A stretch of DNA of 64,000 bases from an uncultured Gammaproteobacteria bacterium (GCA_964399675.1 CAYNRK010000001.1:137221-201220), one strand, 5' to 3'. Positions 45,720-55,998 are shown, counted from the stretch's first letter. Program-made: numbers and translations. Notes: generated from the sequence alone by a model not told the origin.

Positions 45720-47057
45720 TTAGGCCGGGAGTTCGTAGCGGACTACGTGGAAGGTATTGTCGACTACGAACCAGCTCATCACAGCATGACCATCGACCTC
45801 AGTGAGGCGATCGAAGTCTGAGTAGAGCGGGAAGGTGCCGACCCCAGAGATCGAGTAAGGAGGCATCCTGGACCAGGAGAAGATGTCCGAAGAACCGCCT
45901 GCCCACATGGTCAATCCATCGTGGAGCCGGCGATATATGGGAATGTGTCTGGTGGTAACCGCTGGAGTGACGAGCGACTCAACGCCGTCTTCTGAGAACC
46001 ACACGACAGGTCTGGCCTGGTTTCCATCGGCTTCGTGTCCGATGATCGCGACGCCATTGGGGAGCACAACAATGTCTTCAACGGACAAGATGCGTTTGTG
46101 AGGGAGTCGGCGATTGCTGGCTGAATGCTCGCGCAGGGTGAGCGTCTTCCCATCATCTGAATGTACCCAGAACGTCCTGCCATCTTTCGCGAAGATCTTG
46201 TCATTGCGACAGAATCCATTCCCACCCATCCCATTGGGGGTATGGGAGTTCAGGTAGTTGCCATCAGTTGTGCTGACATGCAACACACCGTCATCATCAA
46301 GGAACAGGCTGTTTGGGATGATCCGATCTTCGTTCCTGAGCTTGATCACCTGACGGCCAAACAGAACCTCTTTGTAGTCTGAACAGCGATGTACAATCGC
46401 AGGAGTGTTATCGCTTCTTGCGACCTTGAGAACGGTTCGTTCGTCCTTTGCCCAGAGAACATCTTCTTCAAAGACCAAGCGGCGGTGTTCCTCACTTTGG
46501 CAGAAGACCCGCACAAACTGTTGGCGATCGTCGGATCTGTCATTTCCTGGGTCAAAGGAAACTGCACACCACTTCGAGCACCCTGCTGTCCAGAAGGTTG
46601 GCGCTTCGATCGGGGTCAGATCCAGATCGAATTCCCAGTCGCCCCAACGAACACCGAAGTGCTCAGCTTCTGCATCTGTGTAAACGAACGCCAGTTTGTT
46701 GCTTCCCTCAGGGAAGTGCGGGTACAGAAGATTGTCTGTATTGTCGATCGGTTCAGAAAGACCCGAAGTAGCTGTCCAGGTTCGAACACCCCGCTTTTGA
46801 TCCCCCACGGCACTGCAGACAAGCGCGATCGTTCCGTCGTGTGCAATGCACACGCTGTCATGGATCACGTTGACTCCTGGCGGGAGTCGAAATGCGTGCG
46901 TTACGTGCGGAGGCAGGCCGATGGGCTTTCCAGCAAGAACTTTGACCGCCTGTTCAAGTCTACCTGGACTGACCTTGCCTGGATGAGCACCAAGGTATAC
47001 AAGGATTTGCGCAAGCGCTTTTTCTCTTCGTGTTGGTCCTACTACTGGACTTGCCAT
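45720..47057 (-). CDS. Hypothetical protein (445 aa), high GC (about 58%).
   Basis: Long ORF. No motif recognised. Confidence 0.5.
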   Translation of the reverse strand: MASPVVGPTRREKALAQILVYLGAHPGKVSPGRLEQAVKVLAGKPIGLPPHVTHAFRLPPGVNVIHDSVCIAHDGTIALVCSAVGDQKRGVRTWTATSGLSEPIDNTDNLLYPHFPEGSNKLAFVYTDAEAEHFGVRWGDWEFDLDLTPIEAPTFWTAGCSKWCAVSFDPGNDRSDDRQQFVRVFCQSEEHRRLVFEEDVLWAKDERTVLKVARSDNTPAIVHRCSDYKEVLFGRQVIKLRNEDRIIPNSLFLDDDGVLHVSTTDGNYLNSHTPNGMGGNGFCRNDKIFAKDGRTFWVHSDDGKTLTLREHSASNRRLPHKRILSVEDIVVLPNGVAIIGHEADGNQARPVVWFSEDGVESLVTPAVTTRHIPIYRRLHDGLTMWAGGSSDIFSWSRMPPYSISGVGTFPLYSDFDRLTEVDGHAVMSWFVVDNTFHVVRYELPA

Positions 47058-47202
47058 GATGAAAGGTCCTTTGCCCGGTCAAAAGACTTACATTTGCGCC
47101 GAAGTTTTCCCCGGACGCACTTGATTGCTTTTGCCGAACTTTAGTGATTGCCACGGGATTGTGACGAAGTTATCTCAACACAATCCATATTTTGAGTCAA
47201 TA

Positions 47203-47246
47203 AATTAAATTGAAAAGCCGTTCGTCACCAGGTGGTGTCGAACGGC
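47203..47246 (-). terminator. Terminator gccgttcgacaccacctggtgacgaacggc plus cttttcaattt (minus-strand sense), 3' of paralog 1.
   Basis: 8-bp GC stem with a nested cacc/ggtg stem. Duplicated at 48401-48444. Confidence 0.6.
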
Positions 47247-47278
47247 TCGTGAGTGGTTGTTGCCCTGAAAGGGCTTGT

Positions 47279-48217
47279 CTACGGCGTGGCCGCGGCCGGC
47301 TCGGGCTCGCTCGCGGTCGGGTCGCCGTTGGTCGGCTTGGCCTCGGCTTCGGGTTCCTCCGCGGTCTCGTCCGCTTCGGACTCCTTGATCTCGGGCGCCA
47401 GGTGCGCGTGCAGGTCCTCGATGCCGTAGGTGGGCGCGGCTGCGCTGAGCTCGGTGAACACGCTGCGCACGACCGTGTCGAAGATCTCGTCCTGCCGCCG
47501 CTCCCACAGCTCGTTGAGCCACTCCTGGAACTCGTGGAGCAGTGCATCGTAGTACGAGCCGGTTGGGTCGAAGCACGCGATCGGGATGTTGTGATCCTCG
47601 CGAGCCACCTGCTGGGCACGCTCGTGCTCGTGCTGGTATACCCCCATGTCTTTGTCGCTGGCGTTGGTCACCACCGTGAGCTGGTTTCGGTGGAGGCCGG
47701 TCAGCGCCTCTATCGCTCCCATCGGGCCGTTGTTGCCGACCGCGATCAGTTGCACGCCGTGTGCATCAAGGGCGCGGTCGTTGTTGAGACGATCGAAGAA
47801 GATCGCACGGATCAGCGGAACGAGCCGCTTGACCAGCGGTTCCTCCTTGCGCCAGCCGTACTCGAGCTCGCTGCTCAGTTCCTCGCGCAGATCCACGAGC
47901 GTGCTGCGCAGGGTCTCGGTCAGGAGCTCCCTGGTCGCGGCCGCGTGCTTCTTCCTGGGCGAGCGTACGAACACCATGCCGGCGTCCACGCTGTGATGCA
48001 GCTCGTAGAGGCCGCTACAGAGCGGACCGTCGTGATCCACGACTGCGGTTTCAGCCAACACCTGGATCCTGCCCGTGGTGGCTGAGTTGAACATGGGTGT
48101 GGTGTTGCACACCACGACCACGCCGGTGTCGGCATCAATCTCCACGCAGATCCGTACTGCCGCGGTGATCGGGTCTGCTGCCACGTCCCTCAGTGACTGT
48201 GTGCTAACGTCTGACAT
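47279..48217 (-). CDS. Hypothetical protein, paralog 1 (312 aa). Acidic Pro/Glu-rich C-terminal tail. High GC (about 63%).
   Basis: About 35% identity to 48475-49401 over the N-terminal 230 aa. The last ~75 aa are nearly identical (FDTVVRSVFTELSAAAPTYGIEDLHAHLAPEIKESEADETAEEPEAEAKPTNGDP). Confidence 0.5.
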   Translation of the reverse strand: MSDVSTQSLRDVAADPITAAVRICVEIDADTGVVVVCNTTPMFNSATTGRIQVLAETAVVDHDGPLCSGLYELHHSVDAGMVFVRSPRKKHAAATRELLTETLRSTLVDLREELSSELEYGWRKEEPLVKRLVPLIRAIFFDRLNNDRALDAHGVQLIAVGNNGPMGAIEALTGLHRNQLTVVTNASDKDMGVYQHEHERAQQVAREDHNIPIACFDPTGSYYDALLHEFQEWLNELWERRQDEIFDTVVRSVFTELSAAAPTYGIEDLHAHLAPEIKESEADETAEEPEAEAKPTNGDPTASEPEPAAATP

Positions 48218-48400
48218 CTTAGCCCCTATGTTTCAGTATTGGCGAGAGACCATCCAGGTTTGCCAGGTTCCTGGAATAGAAACGGACATAGTTGTCCGCA
48301 ACGAACAGAATATAGCAGAGATTTGGGCGGATGTCAATGGTTGAACTGAGCATATTTAACTAAAGAATTGAGAGATTTTGAGAGTAATTACTTAAATTGA

Positions 48401-48444
48401 AAAGCCGTTCGTCACCAGGGTGGTGTCGAACGGCTCGTGTGTTG
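48401..48444 (-). terminator. Duplicate of the 47203-47246 terminator, 3' of paralog 2.
   Basis: Same hairpin, with one extra G. Confidence 0.6.
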
Positions 48445-48474
48445 TCGTTGCCCTGAAAGGGCTTATAGCTCAGG

Positions 48475-49401
48475 CTAGCCCGGCGAAGCGGCGGTCTCGG
48501 CCTCGGGCTCGCTCGCGGCTGGGTCGCCGTTGGTCGGCTTGGCCTCGGCTTCGGGTTCCTCCGCGGTCTCGTCCGCTTCGGACTCCTTGATCTCGGGCGC
48601 CAGGTGCGCGTGCAGGTCCTCGATGCCGTAGGTGGGCGCGGCTGCGCTGAGCTCAGTGAACACGCTGCGCACGACCGTGTCGAACAGGGTCGGAGCGTGC
48701 TCGACCCAGAGCTCGTTCAGGTAGTTCTGGAACTCGCGGAGCAGCGCGTCGAAGTACGTACCGGTCGGGTCGAAGCAGTGCACTGCGATGTTGTTGTTCT
48801 CGACCACCTCGCTCGCACGTCGCTTCTGTGCCTCGCGTGCCTGGCTGCTTCCGCATTCGCAGCCGGGAGGGCAGCCGCCCTCGAGCATCGCCATGATGCC
48901 TTCGGGGCGACCCTGACCCACGGCCACGAGCTCGATCGCGTTCCTGTTGAACGGCCGCCCTTCCTTGATGCGGTCGAAGATCACGCGTCGCAGCTGGCCG
49001 GGCAGCCACTCGAGCAGCCGTTCTTCGCTGACCCACCAGTCGGTGAGCTCTTGGGCGAGCTCGGCGTGCAGACCGGGCAGCAGGCTGATGACCAGTCCGG
49101 TCAGCATCTCTCTGGTGCTGGCCGCGTGCGTCTTCCTGGGTCCCTGGATGAACACGATGCCACCCTCGATGCTGTACCGCATCGTGTAGTCGCCGCTGCA
49201 GAGCGGAGCCTCGTGCTGTCCGGCCTCTCGTGTGAGCTTGTCCGTGATCTTGTCCGCGGTCGACCACGCCATTGCTGGCTCGGTGGCCACAACCACGACC
49301 TCGCGTCCTTCGGCCCTGACCCTGAAGGTCAGCTGCACGCAAGCGTGGATCGGTTCGTCAGCGACCTCTCTGGGGCTGGGGAAGCTGATGTCTATCGACA
49401 T
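48475..49401 (-). CDS. Hypothetical protein, paralog 2 (308 aa).
   Basis: See paralog 1. It contains a Cys cluster GGCPPGCECGSS that is absent from paralog 1. Confidence 0.5.
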   Translation of the reverse strand: MSIDISFPSPREVADEPIHACVQLTFRVRAEGREVVVVATEPAMAWSTADKITDKLTREAGQHEAPLCSGDYTMRYSIEGGIVFIQGPRKTHAASTREMLTGLVISLLPGLHAELAQELTDWWVSEERLLEWLPGQLRRVIFDRIKEGRPFNRNAIELVAVGQGRPEGIMAMLEGGCPPGCECGSSQAREAQKRRASEVVENNNIAVHCFDPTGTYFDALLREFQNYLNELWVEHAPTLFDTVVRSVFTELSAAAPTYGIEDLHAHLAPEIKESEADETAEEPEAEAKPTNGDPAASEPEAETAASPG

Positions 49402-49547
49402 GGTGTCTTTGCCTTTTCATCTTGTATTGGCAGGTTGGTCTAGGCTTGCCAATAACCTAGACAAGAAGCAGACGAACATGTCCGCAACGCACGAATGCTA
49501 CAGCAAAACACATAAATTGTCAAGGGTTTCTGGAATAAAAAATTTGC

Positions 49548-49575
49548 TTGACAGTCCAATAAAATAAGCTAAAAT
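49548..49575 (+). promoter_or_regulatory. Sigma70 consensus-like promoter TTGACA-16-TAAAAT, 10 nt upstream of the 49585 ATG.
   Basis: ttgaca at 49548 and taaaat at 49570. Confidence 0.6.
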
Positions 49576-49584
49576 GCTCGCACT

Positions 49585-50037
49585 ATGAACAATCAATTTC
49601 AAAGAATTCTAAATCTTGTAAAAAAGACCGGCGATAGGCTTGTTGTAACTGATCAAGACGGTGAAAATACCTATGTGGTCATGGATATTGATGACTACGA
49701 AATGCTTGTTGATTCAGAAAACATGCCTCTTTTTGATGAGGACGATTATGAAGACTTTGATCTTCATGATGAAGTTGAGCCAGAAGAAGGCCAAACAAAA
49801 GAAATATCTGAGCCTCAAGACATCTGGAATGTTATGCAGTCTGCAGAAGATGGGGGAGAAACATGGGATCCATCAACTCTCTCAGAGGAAGAACTTTCAG
49901 ATTTGGAAGAGCAATATCAAAAATTTGCCGCTCGAAACATAGAACAAGCAATTGAAGAAGTGGTCCCTGAAGCTCCTAAAGTTGAGGAAAAACCAGACAT
50001 TGCAGAAGAGGAATTTTACCTTGAGCCAATTGAGTAA
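49585..50037 (+). CDS. Highly acidic hypothetical protein (150 aa, pI about 3.5).
   Basis: Strong promoter. N-terminal 40 aa mixed, then D/E-rich. Confidence 0.45.
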   Translation: MNNQFQRILNLVKKTGDRLVVTDQDGENTYVVMDIDDYEMLVDSENMPLFDEDDYEDFDLHDEVEPEEGQTKEISEPQDIWNVMQSAEDGGETWDPSTLSEEELSDLEEQYQKFAARNIEQAIEEVVPEAPKVEEKPDIAEEEFYLEPIE

Positions 50038-50113
50038 TTTGGCTAACTTTAGCTACCTGATACTTGCTACCTGATACTTGCTACTTGTTGTGAACAACCT
50101 GTGCCCCAGACAC

Positions 50114-50142
50114 TTGCGCGTTTTATGGCATTTTGCTATACT
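50114..50142 (+). promoter_or_regulatory. Promoter-like TTGCGC-17-TATACT upstream of tuf.
   Basis: Hexamers at 50114-50119 and 50137-50142. Confidence 0.45.
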
Positions 50143-50199
50143 TTCGCACGTCTCTAAATAAACAAATATTTACTAAGATAAGTTAATTTTATAAAGAAT

Positions 50200-51393
50200 A
50201 TGGCTGAAGTCTTTGACCGAACAAAGCCACACGTTAATGTGGGAACCATTGGTCACGTTGATCATGGAAAAACAACATTAACGGCAGCTATTTTGGTTGC
50301 GTTAAAAGAAAAAGGTTTGAGTGCCCAAACAAAGGGTGTTGATGACCTTGATAAAGCCCCTGAGTCAAAAGCTCGTGGAATTACTATTGCCACAGCTCAC
50401 TGTGAGTACGAGTCTGCAAATCGTCACTATGCTCACGTTGACTGTCCAGGACACGCTGACTACATTAAAAACATGATTACCGGTGCCGCTCAGATGGACG
50501 GTGCGATTTTGGTTGTAAATGCTGCAGATGGCCCAATGCCACAAACTCGAGAGCACATCTTGCTTGCAAAACAAGTTGGTGTACCGGCAATGGTTGTCTT
50601 TCTTAATAAAACAGATCAAGTGGATGATCCAGAGCTTATTGATCTTGTTGAAGAGGAAGTTCGAGATCTTTTGAAAAAATATGAATTTCCTGGAGATGAG
50701 GTTCCAGTAATTCGTGGATCTGCTTTGAAAGCTCTTGAGAACCCAACAGATGAAGAGGCAGTAAAACCAATTCTAGAGCTTGTTGAAAAACTTGATACAT
50801 ATATTCCAGAGCCGGTTCGTGAAACAGACAAGCCATACCTCATGCCTATTGAAGATGTGTTTTCAATTGAAGGTCGTGGAACTGTTGTTACAGGTCGAAT
50901 CGAGCGTGGAATCGTCAAGGTGGGAGAAGAAATTGAAATCGTTGGGATCAAAGAAAAAGCAAAGAAAACAACAGTGACAGGAGTTGAAATGTTTAACAAG
51001 TCACTTGAAGAAGGGCGTGCTGGAGACAATGCTGGAATCTTGCTTCGTGGTATTAAGAAAGAAGAGGTTGAGCGCGGAATGGTTTTGGCTGCACCTGGAT
51101 CCATTACTCCACACACAGAAATCGAGGCAGAAGTATATGCTTTGACAAAGGAAGAAGGTGGTCGTCATAAACCATTCTTCAAAGGCTACAAGCCGCAGTT
51201 TTATATCCGAACCACAGATGTAACAGGTGATGTGACTCTTCCGGAAGGAACTGAAATGGTCATGCCGGGAGATACGGTCAATTTAACGATCAAGCTCATT
51301 CATCCGGTTGCTCTTGAAGAAAAGATGTCTTTTGCTATCCGAGAAGGTGGGCGAACTGTTGGGGCAGGAATCGTAACTAAAATTATCAATTAA
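50200..51393 (+). CDS. tuf: Elongation factor Tu.
   Basis: [22 protein letters not shown]. Full length. Confidence 0.95.
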   Translation: MAEVFDRTKPHVNVGTIGHVDHGKTTLTAAILVALKEKGLSAQTKGVDDLDKAPESKARGITIATAHCEYESANRHYAHVDCPGHADYIKNMITGAAQMDGAILVVNAADGPMPQTREHILLAKQVGVPAMVVFLNKTDQVDDPELIDLVEEEVRDLLKKYEFPGDEVPVIRGSALKALENPTDEEAVKPILELVEKLDTYIPEPVRETDKPYLMPIEDVFSIEGRGTVVTGRIERGIVKVGEEIEIVGIKEKAKKTTVTGVEMFNKSLEEGRAGDNAGILLRGIKKEEVERGMVLAAPGSITPHTEIEAEVYALTKEEGGRHKPFFKGYKPQFYIRTTDVTGDVTLPEGTEMVMPGDTVNLTIKLIHPVALEEKMSFAIREGGRTVGAGIVTKIIN

Positions 51394-51397
51394 CCAA

Positions 51398-51440
51398 TGG
51401 GAGGGGTGACTAGTCACTCCTCCTTTTCGTTCCTTTTTTA
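51398..51440 (+). terminator. Hairpin gggaggggtgac-tag-tcactcctcc plus a T-rich tract after tuf. Terminator or attenuator before rpsJ.
   Basis: 11-bp stem with one mismatch, then ttttcgttcctttttt. Confidence 0.55.
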
Positions 51441-51445
51441 CGCTT

Positions 51446-51787
51446 GTGACTAACACAACTACAACAAAGAAAAAAGAAGAAGAAAAGACACGCATCCGCA
51501 TTAAGATCAAGGCGTACGATAGTAAACTTATCGATCAAGCAACGCAAACGATCATGAAAACTGCAGAGCGATCCGGTGCAAAGATTATTGGCCCTGTTCC
51601 GCTTCCAACAGAGAAGCGTAAGTACACTGTCAATAAATCAACCTTTGTGCACAAAGATTCGCGTGAGCAATACGAGATGCGCATCCATAAACGGTTAATT
51701 GATATTACTGATCCAACCGAACGGACAATTGATTCTCTTATGAGTCTTAATTTGCCAGCTGGTGTAGACGTGGAAATCAAAACTTAG
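51446..51787 (+). CDS. rpsJ: 30S ribosomal protein S10.
   Basis: IRIKIKAYD...Conserved S10. Confidence 0.9.
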   Translation: MTNTTTTKKKEEEKTRIRIKIKAYDSKLIDQATQTIMKTAERSGAKIIGPVPLPTEKRKYTVNKSTFVHKDSREQYEMRIHKRLIDITDPTERTIDSLMSLNLPAGVDVEIKT

Positions 51788-51985
51788 TAATCCAAGCAAC
51801 TCTTGGACATAGAAGAAAGATCCTGTGAGCAAAGGCCGCAGACCATTGGGGAAAACCTTCTAGAGATCTATAAAGTTGCTAAAGGAGAAATCGCCAATTA
51901 CATAACCTACAATTCCTTCAGTTAATTGAAGGTCAGAAGCTGTTTTCTAACGTCTTATTTGGGAAACAACTTCTGGCTTTTATAT

Positions 51986-52612
51986 ATGCCATTTATTATC
52001 GGACGCAAAATTGAAATGACACAAAAGTTCCAAGACAATGGAACGGTTGTTGCGGTTTCTCTTGTAAAAGTGGAACCAAATACTGTTACTCAGATTCGTG
52101 ATCTTGAAAAAGATGGCTATGTTGCTGTGCAACTTGGAACTGGAAAAGCAAAGCATTTAAAAAAGCCACAAGCCGGTCATCTTAAAGATTTGTCTGAGCT
52201 TCGAACTCTTCGCGAGTTTCGTGTAGACGAAACAGATTTGAAGCGAGGGGATATAGTTGATGTAAATGCGTTTGAACCAGGAACAAAAGTTGATGTTACA
52301 GGGTTTTCAAAAGGCCGTGGTTTTGCTGGTGTGATGAAACGATACAACTTTAAATGTGGACGAGCTACACATGGAAACAAAGATCAGCAACGCATGCCAG
52401 GTTCCATTGCTTCTCATCCACAAGGAAAAGTGATTAAGGGACAGAAAATGCCAGGACGCATGGGAAACGATCGTGTGACTGTAAAGAATTTGGAAGTTGT
52501 TTCAGTAGATCCAGATAAAAATATCATTGCAATAAAAGGCGCTATTCCAGGTGCTCGTGGTGGAGTTATTTTGATTAAAGCGCGTGATGGAAAATCAATA
52601 TGGCAACAGTAA
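51986..52612 (+). CDS. rplC: 50S ribosomal protein L3.
   Basis: IGRKIEMTQKF...Conserved L3. The ORF track extends to 51926. Confidence 0.9.
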   Translation: MPFIIGRKIEMTQKFQDNGTVVAVSLVKVEPNTVTQIRDLEKDGYVAVQLGTGKAKHLKKPQAGHLKDLSELRTLREFRVDETDLKRGDIVDVNAFEPGTKVDVTGFSKGRGFAGVMKRYNFKCGRATHGNKDQQRMPGSIASHPQGKVIKGQKMPGRMGNDRVTVKNLEVVSVDPDKNIIAIKGAIPGARGGVILIKARDGKSIWQQ

Positions 52613-53235
52613 AGATTTACAATATAGAAGGTCAAGAAACAGGAACAGTTGAACTGAGTGCTGCTTTATTTGAAGTGTCAGTAAATCCAGCGTTGGTGCA
52701 TGAAGCTGTTGTTGCTCAAAGTGCCAATGCTCGCGATGTGATTGCGCATGCCAAAGATCGGTCAGAAGTTCGTGGTGGTGGAAGAAAGCCTTGGAAACAA
52801 AAAGGAACAGGACGAGCTCGGCACGGATCTCGTAGATCACCGATTTGGTCTGGTGGTGGAGTAACTTTTGGTCCTCAAAAGATTCGAAATTTTGCAAGAA
52901 AGATCAATGCCAAAGCAAAGCGCAAAGCACTTGCAATGGTTCTGTCCGATAAGGTGAGTAGCAATCAGTTTGTTGTTGTTGAAAAACTTGATGTGGTTGA
53001 CGCAAAGACAAAGCAGCTTTCAGGTTTTGTGAAGAAACTTCCTATTGAAGGAAAAAAGATGCTTTTGATTGCAAAACCAGAAAATACATCAGTTGCACTT
53101 GCTGCACAGAATATTCAAAATGTCTCAACACTTCCATCAAACAGTTTGAATGTGATTGATCTTCTCAGACACGACTCAGTGGTTGTGACAAAATTAGCTC
53201 TTGAACAAATTGAAGAGATTTACGGCAAAAAGTAA
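52600..53235 (+). CDS. rplD: 50S ribosomal protein L4.
   Basis: Conserved L4. Confidence 0.9.
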   Translation: MATVKIYNIEGQETGTVELSAALFEVSVNPALVHEAVVAQSANARDVIAHAKDRSEVRGGGRKPWKQKGTGRARHGSRRSPIWSGGGVTFGPQKIRNFARKINAKAKRKALAMVLSDKVSSNQFVVVEKLDVVDAKTKQLSGFVKKLPIEGKKMLLIAKPENTSVALAAQNIQNVSTLPSNSLNVIDLLRHDSVVVTKLALEQIEEIYGKK

Positions 53236-53236
53236 T

Positions 53237-53722
53237 ATGGGAATCTTGAAGAAATTTACAAAGAAAGCAGACAAGAAAGTGTTTGAAGAAAAAAAGAATG
53301 ACACGCAGAAACCAACTGTGCTGGCTTCAGTTCCCAAAAAAGTAGATAGCAAAAAGAAAGTAGAAAAACCCGCCCGGCCATTAGGCCGTTCGGACGGGAA
53401 GCCGGTTGTAAAGAAATCATCTAAAACAAAATCAACCTTTTATCTTACTGAAGCGGTTTTGTATCCAGTGGTTACCGAGAAATCAGCAGTACTTGCATCA
53501 AGCAACAAGTATGTGTTTGCGATTGATAAGAACGCAAATAAGATTCAAGTACGTTCAGCAATCAAAGCAATGTACGGAATCACACCTGTTTCTGTGAATA
53601 TCCAAAACATGAAAGGAAAAAAGGTTCGACATGGTCGAAAGTTTGGAAAGCGAAAAGATTGGAAAAAAGCGATTGTGACTTTGCCTGAAGGAAAAACTAT
53701 TGATGTTTACGAAGGAGTCTAA
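53237..53722 (+). CDS. rplW: 50S ribosomal protein L23 with a ~65-aa lysine-rich N-terminal extension.
   Basis: The L23 core is [49 protein letters not shown]. Basic extension [14 protein letters not shown].... Confidence 0.8.
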   Translation: MGILKKFTKKADKKVFEEKKNDTQKPTVLASVPKKVDSKKKVEKPARPLGRSDGKPVVKKSSKTKSTFYLTEAVLYPVVTEKSAVLASSNKYVFAIDKNANKIQVRSAIKAMYGITPVSVNIQNMKGKKVRHGRKFGKRKDWKKAIVTLPEGKTIDVYEGV

Positions 53723-53723
53723 T

Positions 53724-54572
53724 ATGCCGATTCGAAAATACAAACCAACAACTCCAGGACGTCGCATTTCCAGTGTGGACACTTTTGAAGATGTAACAGC
53801 AAAGAAACCACACAAGAAACTCACCAAGATCCGAAAGCAACATGCTGGTCGTACAAAAGGAAAGATTACAGTACGACACAGAGGTGGCGGTGCAAGGCGA
53901 CGAGTTCGACTCATTGATTTCAAACGAGACAAGTTTGATATTCCCGCAAAAGTTGCAACAATTGAGTATGATCCAAATCGAGGTGCACGTGTAGCATTAC
54001 TTAATTATGCTGATGGGGAAAAGCGATACATGCTAGCACCTGTTGGTTTAAAAGTTGGCGATACAGTTGTTTCTTCAAAGAAGAAGGGCGAGATTCACAA
54101 AGGAAACCGTTATCCATTAGAGTTGATTCCAATCGGCATGCAGGTGTACAACATTGAGTTGTTGCCTGGAAAAGGTGGTCAGCTTGTTCGTGGCGCTGGA
54201 GCCAGTGCACAGCTTATGGCAGTTGAAGGAGCTCATGCAACATTTAAGCTTCCATCTGGTGAGGTTCGTATGGTACTCAAAACATGCATGGCAACACTTG
54301 GACAATCATCAAATCCCGATTACCGATTGATTCGTTGGGGAAAAGCTGGTAGAACAAGACATCGAGGCATTAGACCAACGGTTCGCGGAAAAGCAATGAA
54401 TCCATGTGATCACCCTCACGGAGGTGGAGAAGGCGGATCACCAATTGGGCTCAAGCGTCCAAAGACACCGACTGGAAAGGCTGCGCTTGGTGTAAAGACC
54501 AGACGAAAAAGAGGAAGCGATAAACTAATAATCAAACGTCGAAAAAAAGGTAGGTTCGTAGGCGGAAAGTAA
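53724..54572 (+). CDS. rplB: 50S ribosomal protein L2.
   Basis: Conserved L2 (GRNxxGxITxRHRGGG). Confidence 0.9.
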   Translation: MPIRKYKPTTPGRRISSVDTFEDVTAKKPHKKLTKIRKQHAGRTKGKITVRHRGGGARRRVRLIDFKRDKFDIPAKVATIEYDPNRGARVALLNYADGEKRYMLAPVGLKVGDTVVSSKKKGEIHKGNRYPLELIPIGMQVYNIELLPGKGGQLVRGAGASAQLMAVEGAHATFKLPSGEVRMVLKTCMATLGQSSNPDYRLIRWGKAGRTRHRGIRPTVRGKAMNPCDHPHGGGEGGSPIGLKRPKTPTGKAALGVKTRRKRGSDKLIIKRRKKGRFVGGK

Positions 54573-54573
54573 T

Positions 54574-54849
54574 ATGTCTAGAAGTTTGAAAAAAGGACCT
54601 TACGTCCACCCAAAATTACTCAAAAAGCTCTTAAAGATGAAGCAGGGTGATCAGACCCCGATTAAGACTTGGGCACGGGCATCAACAATCACACCACAAA
54701 TGGTTGGATTCATCTTTGCTGTTCATAACGGCAAGGACTTCATCAAAGTAAGAGTCGTTGAGAACATGGTTGGTCACAAGCTTGGTGAATTTTCACCAAC
54801 AAAGAAGTTTGTCCGCCATGGTGGTAAGTTGGCCAAAGGTCAAAAATAA
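54574..54849 (+). CDS. rpsS: 30S ribosomal protein S19.
   Basis: Conserved S19. Confidence 0.9.
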   Translation: MSRSLKKGPYVHPKLLKKLLKMKQGDQTPIKTWARASTITPQMVGFIFAVHNGKDFIKVRVVENMVGHKLGEFSPTKKFVRHGGKLAKGQK

Positions 54850-54852
54850 AAG

Positions 54853-54925
54853 TGGAACTGGGTTCTGGGGCCTGGGAACTGGGAATGAAATCCCAGCGCC
54901 TAGCCCCCAGTCCCTAGTACCAATA
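54853..54925 (+). repeat. r-operon intergenic element (ggaactggg repeats, then a hairpin ctgggaatgaaatcccag, then ccagtccctagt).
   Basis: About 75% identical to 58119-58192. Confidence 0.7.
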
Positions 54926-54932
54926 AGTTACT

Positions 54933-55343
54933 ATGCAAGTTAAAGCAAAAGCACGGTTTATCCGCATGTCCCCCCGAAAAGTTCGACTCGTTGTCGACCA
55001 GATTCGTGGCATGCAGGTTGCTGGTGCGCAGACTCAGCTTAAGTTCATGAACAAGGCAGCTGCTCAACCTGTGCTAAAGCTTTTAGATTCTGCTATTGCA
55101 AATGCTAAGAATAACTTTGGACTGGATGAGACAAAGCTTTTTGTAAAAGCGATTGCTGCTGATGAAGGTCCAACACTTCATAGATGGAAACCAAGAGCGT
55201 TTGGACGAGCAACACCAATTAGAAAACGTTCAACTCACATCTCGATTATTTTGGAAGAAAAAGGGACAAAGGTAGAAAAGGTAGAGAAGGTGGAAAGGAA
55301 AGAGAAGAAGGTAGAGAAAGCAAAACCAATAACTAACAAATAG
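54933..55343 (+). CDS. rplV: 50S ribosomal protein L22 with a C-terminal (KVE)n repeat tail.
   Basis: L22 core plus KGTKVEKVEKVERKEKKVEKAKP. Confidence 0.9.
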   Translation: MQVKAKARFIRMSPRKVRLVVDQIRGMQVAGAQTQLKFMNKAAAQPVLKLLDSAIANAKNNFGLDETKLFVKAIAADEGPTLHRWKPRAFGRATPIRKRSTHISIILEEKGTKVEKVEKVERKEKKVEKAKPITNK

Positions 55344-55345
55344 AT

Positions 55346-55996
55346 ATGGGACAAAAAGTACATCCACGATCATTCCGCATCGCAGTCACCAAAGGGTGGG
55401 ATGGAATTTGGTTTGCAAATAAAAAGGCTTACAGAGACAACCTGCAGGAAGACATTCGTATTCGGGCGTTTTTGAAAGAGCTTTTAAAAGAAGCTTTGAT
55501 TGATCGAATTGAAATTGGGCGTTCAAGAGAAGAAGTCAAATTTACAATTCATGCTGCAAAGCCGGGAATAATTATTGGACGTGCTGGTTCTGGTATTGAA
55601 GAGATTAATAAAAAATTAAAGAAAAATTTTTTCCGAGGTCGCAGAGTCAAAGTGAGTATCAATGTGAAGGAGTTGCAAAAGCCATCATTATCAGCACATG
55701 TGGTTGCACAGCAAATCGTGGCTGATCTTGAACGTCGTATGCCGTTTCGTCGTGTGATGAAAGGTGCTATTGAACGAGTTTTAAAGGCTGATGCTGTAGG
55801 GGTAAAGGTGACCGTTGGTGGTCGTCTAAACGGAGCAGAAATTGCTCGATCAGAAACCATTTCAAAAGGTAAGATTCCTTTGCACACTCTTCGCGCTGAT
55901 ATTGACTTTGCTTCTGTGATGGCACGAACCATCTGGGGAGCTATTGGAATTAAAGTTTGGATTAATCGCGGCGAAGTCTTTGAGAGCAAGAAGTAA
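55346..55996 (+). CDS. rpsC: 30S ribosomal protein S3.
   Basis: KH domain. Conserved S3. Confidence 0.9.
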   Translation: MGQKVHPRSFRIAVTKGWDGIWFANKKAYRDNLQEDIRIRAFLKELLKEALIDRIEIGRSREEVKFTIHAAKPGIIIGRAGSGIEEINKKLKKNFFRGRRVKVSINVKELQKPSLSAHVVAQQIVADLERRMPFRRVMKGAIERVLKADAVGVKVTVGGRLNGAEIARSETISKGKIPLHTLRADIDFASVMARTIWGAIGIKVWINRGEVFESKK

Positions 55997-55998
55997 TT

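Noticed and set aside
47210-49443. Long plus-strand ORFs (291 aa, 279 aa and others) and nested minus-strand ORFs inside the paralog island
   Set aside because: These are GC-rich antisense or alternate-frame artefacts. The minus-strand genes have terminators and paralogous structure supporting them.
49585-50037. Possible antitoxin (Phd/YefM-like) call for the acidic protein
   Set aside because: There is only a vague N-terminal resemblance. No adjacent toxin gene is present. It is kept as a hypothetical.
50616-51116. 166-aa minus-strand ORF inside tuf
   Set aside because: It is antisense to a universally conserved gene.
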